Positions 34,564 to 38,714 of a DNA stretch of 38,714 nucleotides are shown one piece after another (position 1 is the first letter of the stretch; the number at the start of each line of letters is the position of its first letter). The stretch comes from an uncultured bacterium (GTDB lineage: Bacteria > T1Sed10-126), in contig CAYTSZ010000001.1 of the NCBI GenBank assembly GCA_964440635.1, positions 1 to 38,714 on the forward strand. The letters are read 5' to 3'. Below the pieces are notes generated by a model. The model saw only the letters and a list, made by a program, of their open reading frames with translations. It had not been told where the DNA came from and searched no databases. The position numbers and the translations under genes are program-made.

Positions 34564-34895
34564 GCAAAAAAAATGAAGAAAATGAGAGTGATTATTCTTC
34601 GCCAACTATGGCCCGGCTCAAAGCAGTTGCCATGGAATACGAGGAGCAGGAAGATGATGCCCCTCGAGTGACAGCCCGGGGAAGCGGAGAAGTCGCAGAA
34701 AAAATTATAGAATTGGCCCGTCAGAATGATGTGCCTCTTTATGAGGATAAGGATCTTCTGGAATTGCTTTATAAATTAGATCTAGATGAACAGATTCCTG
34801 TTTCACTCTATGAAGTGATGGCTGAAATTTTCAGTTTTCTTTATCAGCTAAACGAGGAAGAGAAGGGGGGGAACAGCAGTGACCACCCGGAATAG
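34560..34895 (+). CDS. FlhB C-terminal-domain-like protein (EscU/YscU/HrcU family fragment, YlqH-like)
   Basis: The sequence AVAMEYEEQEDDAPRVTARGSGEVAEKIIELARQNDVPLYEDKDLLELLYKLDLDEQIPVSLYEVMAEIFSFLYQL matches the small stand-alone FlhB-CTD homolog pattern. Confidence 0.75.
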   Translation: MSKKNEENESDYSSPTMARLKAVAMEYEEQEDDAPRVTARGSGEVAEKIIELARQNDVPLYEDKDLLELLYKLDLDEQIPVSLYEVMAEIFSFLYQLNEEEKGGNSSDHPE

Positions 34896-36126
34896 TTTTT
34901 TCGTTGATGACCTCGACAGGGGCATGGTTTTTGAATCGCCCCTGTATAGTGATAAAGGTTTTAAACTTTTGGAGCCTTACACACCTCTTGAAAAACGGCA
35001 TTTTGAGAGGTTGAAACAGTGGCGAATCAAGGAAGTTTTTGTCAAATCAGAACCTTTAACCAGCACACAGCAGGAAGAACTACGGCGTGAATCTGAAAAA
35101 CCGCTTCTTGAGCCCGATGAACTTGCCGGTCCGCCGGAAAAACCCGAACAGCAGCTAAAAAATAAAGTTGATCATGAAGCTGTCGAACTGGCCCGCTTTT
35201 ATAAACAGACCGATAAAACATTTGTCCGCGCCTCTTACCAGCAGGCACTTGAGGGAACAGAGAAATTGCTCGATAGGTTGAGTAGAGGGGCCGTCGCCCG
35301 TCAGCAGGAACTTTTCAAGACCCTTCGCCCGGTTTTTAGTTTGATCTGGGATTATAAATTGTTACTTCTTTATCTTATTCATGGCCAGGAAATAGGGGAT
35401 GAAGATTATTTCTATAAATACAGTCTTAACACCTCTTTGCTTTCCATGCTTCTGGCCGACCAGCTTAATTATGAAAAAGAGGAAATAAGATATATCGGGG
35501 TTGGGGCTTTGATTCACGATGTGGGAATGTTAAATATCCCTCAGACAGTGCGCAAAAAAGAAGGATCTCTCAATGAAAGGGAGAGACAAATTGTTCAAGA
35601 CCACGTAAAAAAGAGCAAAACCTGTTTCCGGCGTTTTCGTGAGCTTGATGATCGTATTCTGAAAATAGTCACTCAGCATCACGAACACTGGGATGGAAGT
35701 GGCTACCCTCAGGGGTTGGAAAAAAAGAAAATTAATTCCGCTGCCCGAATTGTTAATCTGGCGATGACCTATATAGCAATAAACCAACCGCGTCATCATC
35801 GCGAACAGTTTGGAGTGGCTCGGAGTATTCGTGAAGTTATTTACAAAGATAAAAAGAAATTTGATCCGGAAGCTCTGAAAGCTTTTGTCCGGATAATGGG
35901 AATTTATCCACCCGGCTCCTTTGTTCGTCTTTCCAGCGGGCATCATGCGCTGGTGATTGAAAATAAATCCGACCGTCCTTTAAACCCCGTAGTCAGGGTG
36001 ATTTCTGATCCTTCCGGAAATATACTGGAAGAACCCTACCGACTTTATCTGGATAAAGAAAAGGAAAAAATAGAATCGCTGCTGGATAATAGTATCTATG
36101 GTTATTACGCCTTCGAGATGGCTTAG
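34879..36126 (+). CDS. HD-GYP domain protein (putative cyclic-di-GMP phosphodiesterase)
   Basis: It has IHDVGM and HHEHWDGSGYPQGL motifs. The GTG start overlaps the upstream gene by 17 nt. Confidence 0.8.
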   Translation: MTTRNSFFVDDLDRGMVFESPLYSDKGFKLLEPYTPLEKRHFERLKQWRIKEVFVKSEPLTSTQQEELRRESEKPLLEPDELAGPPEKPEQQLKNKVDHEAVELARFYKQTDKTFVRASYQQALEGTEKLLDRLSRGAVARQQELFKTLRPVFSLIWDYKLLLLYLIHGQEIGDEDYFYKYSLNTSLLSMLLADQLNYEKEEIRYIGVGALIHDVGMLNIPQTVRKKEGSLNERERQIVQDHVKKSKTCFRRFRELDDRILKIVTQHHEHWDGSGYPQGLEKKKINSAARIVNLAMTYIAINQPRHHREQFGVARSIREVIYKDKKKFDPEALKAFVRIMGIYPPGSFVRLSSGHHALVIENKSDRPLNPVVRVISDPSGNILEEPYRLYLDKEKEKIESLLDNSIYGYYAFEMA

Positions 36127-36215
36127 TTATTGGGTTCTGGAAGGTAAAGAGGGATATATTCTATATGGCTAACCTGGCCCCGGTAAAAGGCAATTACGAC
36201 TGCTGCCCGGAGTTT

Positions 36216-37130
36216 TCAGACACTGGGGTTAAGATCCTGGAGGTCTAATTCGCCGGTGGCAATGGCCTGCAGGAGTTCTGCGTTGGATTTAAATTTCTTC
36301 ATATTATCCAGCAAAAACCTCAGGGCAAGTTCGTCATCCAGCCCTCCCAGGTAGCGCCGGAGTCTTTTTATAATCCTGTTTTCGTTTTCGCTAAACAACT
36401 CTTCTTCTTTACGGGTCCCGGACCTGCTGACCGAAACTGCCGGGTAGTAGCGTCTTTCCGCAAGATGCCGGTCAAGTACCAGTTCCATGTTACCGGTGCC
36501 TTTAAATTCCTGAAAAATAACTTCGTCCATCTGGGAACCGGTCTGCACAAGAGCAGTGCCAATAATAGTTAAACTGCCGCCGTTTTCAATATTGCGAGCC
36601 GAACCGAAAAAACGTCTCGGTTGTTGCATTGCGGCCGAATCAAGTCCTCCGGATAGGGTTTTTCCTCTTGAATTGGAAAAAAGGTTGTGTGCCCGGGCAA
36701 GCCGGGTGATTGAATCCAGCAAAACCAGCACATCTTTTCCCTCCACCAGATCTGCCCGGGCTTTTTTTAAAACCCCGGCTGCCGCGCTGACGTGTTCTTT
36801 CGGTGATTTATCCGAGGAAGAGGAAACCACCCGGGCGGGAGTATTGCGCGTGAAATCTGTTATTTCTTCCGGCCTTTCATTAATAAGAAGAGCAATCTGG
36901 TTTACGTCGGGATGATTTCTATCTATGGCAACAGATATTTTTTTGAGTATGGTTGTTTTCCCCGCTTTAGGTGGTGAAACAAGCAGGCAGCGCTGACCTT
37001 TTCCTATTGGTGCTATTATATCTAAAATCCTGGTGGTGTAATCGCTGGGTTTGTATTCAAGAGTAAATTTATCGTCAGGATAAGTGGGGGTCAGTTGATC
37101 GAATTTTTCTTGTAAAGCTCTTTCATTCAT
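36216..37130 (-). CDS. Rho-like RecA-family ATPase: transcription termination factor Rho C-terminal domain only, N-terminal RNA-binding domain absent
   Basis: 304 aa. FDQLTPTYPDDKFTLE....RILDIIAPIGKGQRCLLVSPPKAGKTT aligns from memory with E. coli Rho starting near residue 127. The family blocks LLINERPEE, LLDSITRLARA, GKTLSGGLD, PRRFFGSARN, GGSLTIIGTAL, QEFKGTGNMEL and SVSRSGTRKEE are all present. The RBS is GGAAGGAAGAG. The 313 nt upstream are AT-rich and ORF-free. Confidence 0.8.
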   Translation of the reverse strand: MNERALQEKFDQLTPTYPDDKFTLEYKPSDYTTRILDIIAPIGKGQRCLLVSPPKAGKTTILKKISVAIDRNHPDVNQIALLINERPEEITDFTRNTPARVVSSSSDKSPKEHVSAAAGVLKKARADLVEGKDVLVLLDSITRLARAHNLFSNSRGKTLSGGLDSAAMQQPRRFFGSARNIENGGSLTIIGTALVQTGSQMDEVIFQEFKGTGNMELVLDRHLAERRYYPAVSVSRSGTRKEEELFSENENRIIKRLRRYLGGLDDELALRFLLDNMKKFKSNAELLQAIATGELDLQDLNPSV

Positions 37131-37458
37131 AAAATAATTCTCTTCCTTCCAAAATATAAAATACGCCTAATTCTGTTTTCAACGGCAAGAAGTTGAGGGG
37201 GTTGGCTTGCTTTGCTTGTCCACTATATCTTTAACTTTTAATCACAGCTCATAATTTAATTTATTGAAACATATAAAGTATAACAAAAAATCAGGAATAA
37301 TAAATAGATTAATAATTCGTGTTAAGAATTTGTGAATTTTTTTTCGAAACCAGGAAAAAATTATACCATACCTATCAATCTCCTGTAAAAAAAGGATGAG
37401 AAACTGTACACTTTTAGCAGTTATATTTTTAGATAATTAGTTTGTGGGAGGTTGTTTT

Positions 37459-38370
37459 GTGCTGAACAGACGAAAAATAGTAACGAATTCTGATCTTGAT
37501 GCTATTGTTTCGGCAGTTTTATTGAAAAAAGTGGAGCCGGTGGGGGCGGTGCAGTTTGTTCCCCTGGAGGATATTAAAAACGGCAGTTTTACACCAACTG
37601 CCGAGGATATTGTGGTGAACATGCCATTCTTGTCCGGCTGCCGGCTATGGTTTGATCATCACGCCAGCAACAGTTGTCCTGAAAAATTTGAAGGCCGTTA
37701 TGATCCGGATGCTCCCAGTGCGGCGCGGGTTATATATAATTATTATTCCAATCGTGGAAGGCAGGATTGTTTTGAAGGACTTGAGGAGCTGCTTGCGGAA
37801 ACTGACCGCGTTGATTCTGCCGGTTTTACTCTCGGAGATATAGAAACCCCCCGGGGTGCCGTTTTGCTTAGTTTTATTATCAACTCTGATCCCCTGCAAA
37901 AACACACTGTAGCCTCCAATCAGCTTATGATATCTCTGCTGGATTCCGGTGAAGTGGATAATGTTATAGAACATCCTGCTTTTGTAACTAAAATTCAAAA
38001 ATTCAACCGGCAGATGGAAGATAGCAAACAACTTCTTTCTGAAAAGTTAGAGCAAGAGAACGGGCTTTTAGTAATTGATTTTAGAAATTTAAACAAACGT
38101 GAGAGTGAGCTTTGTAGTAATAAATTTTTACCGTTTGTTATTTATCCGGAGGCACATACTCTGCTTAGAATAAAACGACTGAATGAAGAAAAAATACGGA
38201 TGAATCTTGGTTTTAATATGTTTTTGTCCGATGATAAATGCCCCTGTCATTATGGTCACCTGCTGGCCCGTTTTGATGGCGGGGGACATCGTAGAGCCGC
38301 AGGATGTGCGGTTAGAGAAGAAGAATTTCAGCGGGATTTGCAGACTATAAAAAAGGAAATACTATCCTGA
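37459..38370 (+). CDS. DHH/DHHA1-family phosphoesterase (NrnA-like)
   Basis: It has the DHH motifs NSDLDAI and WFDHHASN and the DHHA1 motif GGGHRRAAG. The GTG at 37459 lies 7 nt after GGGAGG; the ORF-track start at 37444 overlaps the RBS. Confidence 0.75.
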   Translation: MLNRRKIVTNSDLDAIVSAVLLKKVEPVGAVQFVPLEDIKNGSFTPTAEDIVVNMPFLSGCRLWFDHHASNSCPEKFEGRYDPDAPSAARVIYNYYSNRGRQDCFEGLEELLAETDRVDSAGFTLGDIETPRGAVLLSFIINSDPLQKHTVASNQLMISLLDSGEVDNVIEHPAFVTKIQKFNRQMEDSKQLLSEKLEQENGLLVIDFRNLNKRESELCSNKFLPFVIYPEAHTLLRIKRLNEEKIRMNLGFNMFLSDDKCPCHYGHLLARFDGGGHRRAAGCAVREEEFQRDLQTIKKEILS

Positions 38371-38388
38371 AATTCGGAGGTTTTCGAA

Positions 38389-38714
38389 TTGTTCGCATTC
38401 ATTGAAGGAACTCTGGTTGAGAAGGGGAAGGACCGGGTTATTCTAAAAACTGACGGGGGAGTTGCTTACGAACTTTTTACCGTCGAAAGCGAACGGAATG
38501 ATTTCCCGGAAACAGGGAGCGAAGCTAAATTTTATACACATTTGTATGTACGTGAAGACCGTCAGAAAATTTATGGTTTTTTTCATCGGGCCAGCCGCGA
38601 TTTTTTTCGTCAGTTACTTCCACAAAAAGGTATTGGCCCCAGCATGGCTACAAATATACTTTCCGGTATGGGACCGAAAAAATTCCGGCAGGCGGTTCAC
38701 AATCAGGATATAGA
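38389..38714 (+). CDS. ruvA: Holliday junction DNA helicase subunit RuvA, 3' end cut by the window edge
   Basis: This gene is not in the ORF track. It has a TTG start 8 nt after GGAGG and no stop before the window end. My hand translation is LFAFIEGTLVEKGKDRVILKTDGGVAYELFTVESERNDFPETGSEAKFYTHLYVREDRQKIYGFFHRASRDFFRQLLPQKGIGPSMATNILSGM, which is the canonical RuvA domain I-II pattern. Confidence 0.85.
   Translation, partial: MFAFIEGTLVEKGKDRVILKTDGGVAYELFTVESERNDFPETGSEAKFYTHLYVREDRQKIYGFFHRASRDFFRQLLPQKGIGPSMATNILSGMGPKKFRQAVHNQDI

Overview
Chromosomal window from what looks like an anaerobic, probably diderm bacterium. The anaerobe call rests on Hcp, a flavodiiron protein and Fe-S proteins. 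The diderm call rests on an outer-membrane beta-barrel protein ending in F and an RND pump. All family calls come from motif recognition in the supplied translations; no searches were run.

Gene content from left to right:
- A thiol/redox island: a permease (5' end cut by the window edge), a small CXXC thioredoxin-fold protein, a DUF2281/PIN toxin-antitoxin pair, and a translationally coupled OsmC plus ArsR-rhodanese operon.
- A TetR-controlled RND efflux operon whose membrane-fusion gene carries one in-frame TAG.
- A nitrosative/oxidative-stress cluster: Crp/Fnr (HcpR-like) regulator, 4Fe-4S protein, NifU-like protein, Hcp, cupin and flavodiiron protein, with an FNR-type palindrome upstream.
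- A membrane TPR protein with an Mrr-like nuclease domain, plus a small membrane partner.
- A sulfur cluster: cysE, cysteine desulfurase, mnmA, a Thi4-like protein and sat.
- tRNA-Arg(CCT).
- An envelope and housekeeping stretch: PHP phosphatase, OMP, TPR protein, kinase-less PASTA protein, rpe, MBL hydrolase and bifunctional nuclease.
- The Firmicutes-like conserved block ylxM-ffh-rpsP-rimM-trmD-rplS-ylqG-ylqH.
- An HD-GYP protein, a Rho homolog that lacks the whole N-terminal RNA-binding domain, a DHH/DHHA1 phosphoesterase, and the 5' part of ruvA. The ruvA start is TTG and the ORF track missed it.

Most of the window is ordinary core genome, and I found no clear novel protein system. The least ordinary signals are these:
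1. Two ORF-free loci (14.50-14.75 kb and 28.37-29.45 kb) are built from the same nested hairpin-repeat families. They include a 68-nt palindromic element sitting inside hairpin loops in opposite orientation relative to its host, a perfect 42-bp tandem hairpin array, and 10-bp-phased iteron-like repeats around an AT-rich core.
2. The Rho paralog has no N-terminal domain.
3. The efflux adaptor gene is interrupted by an amber codon.
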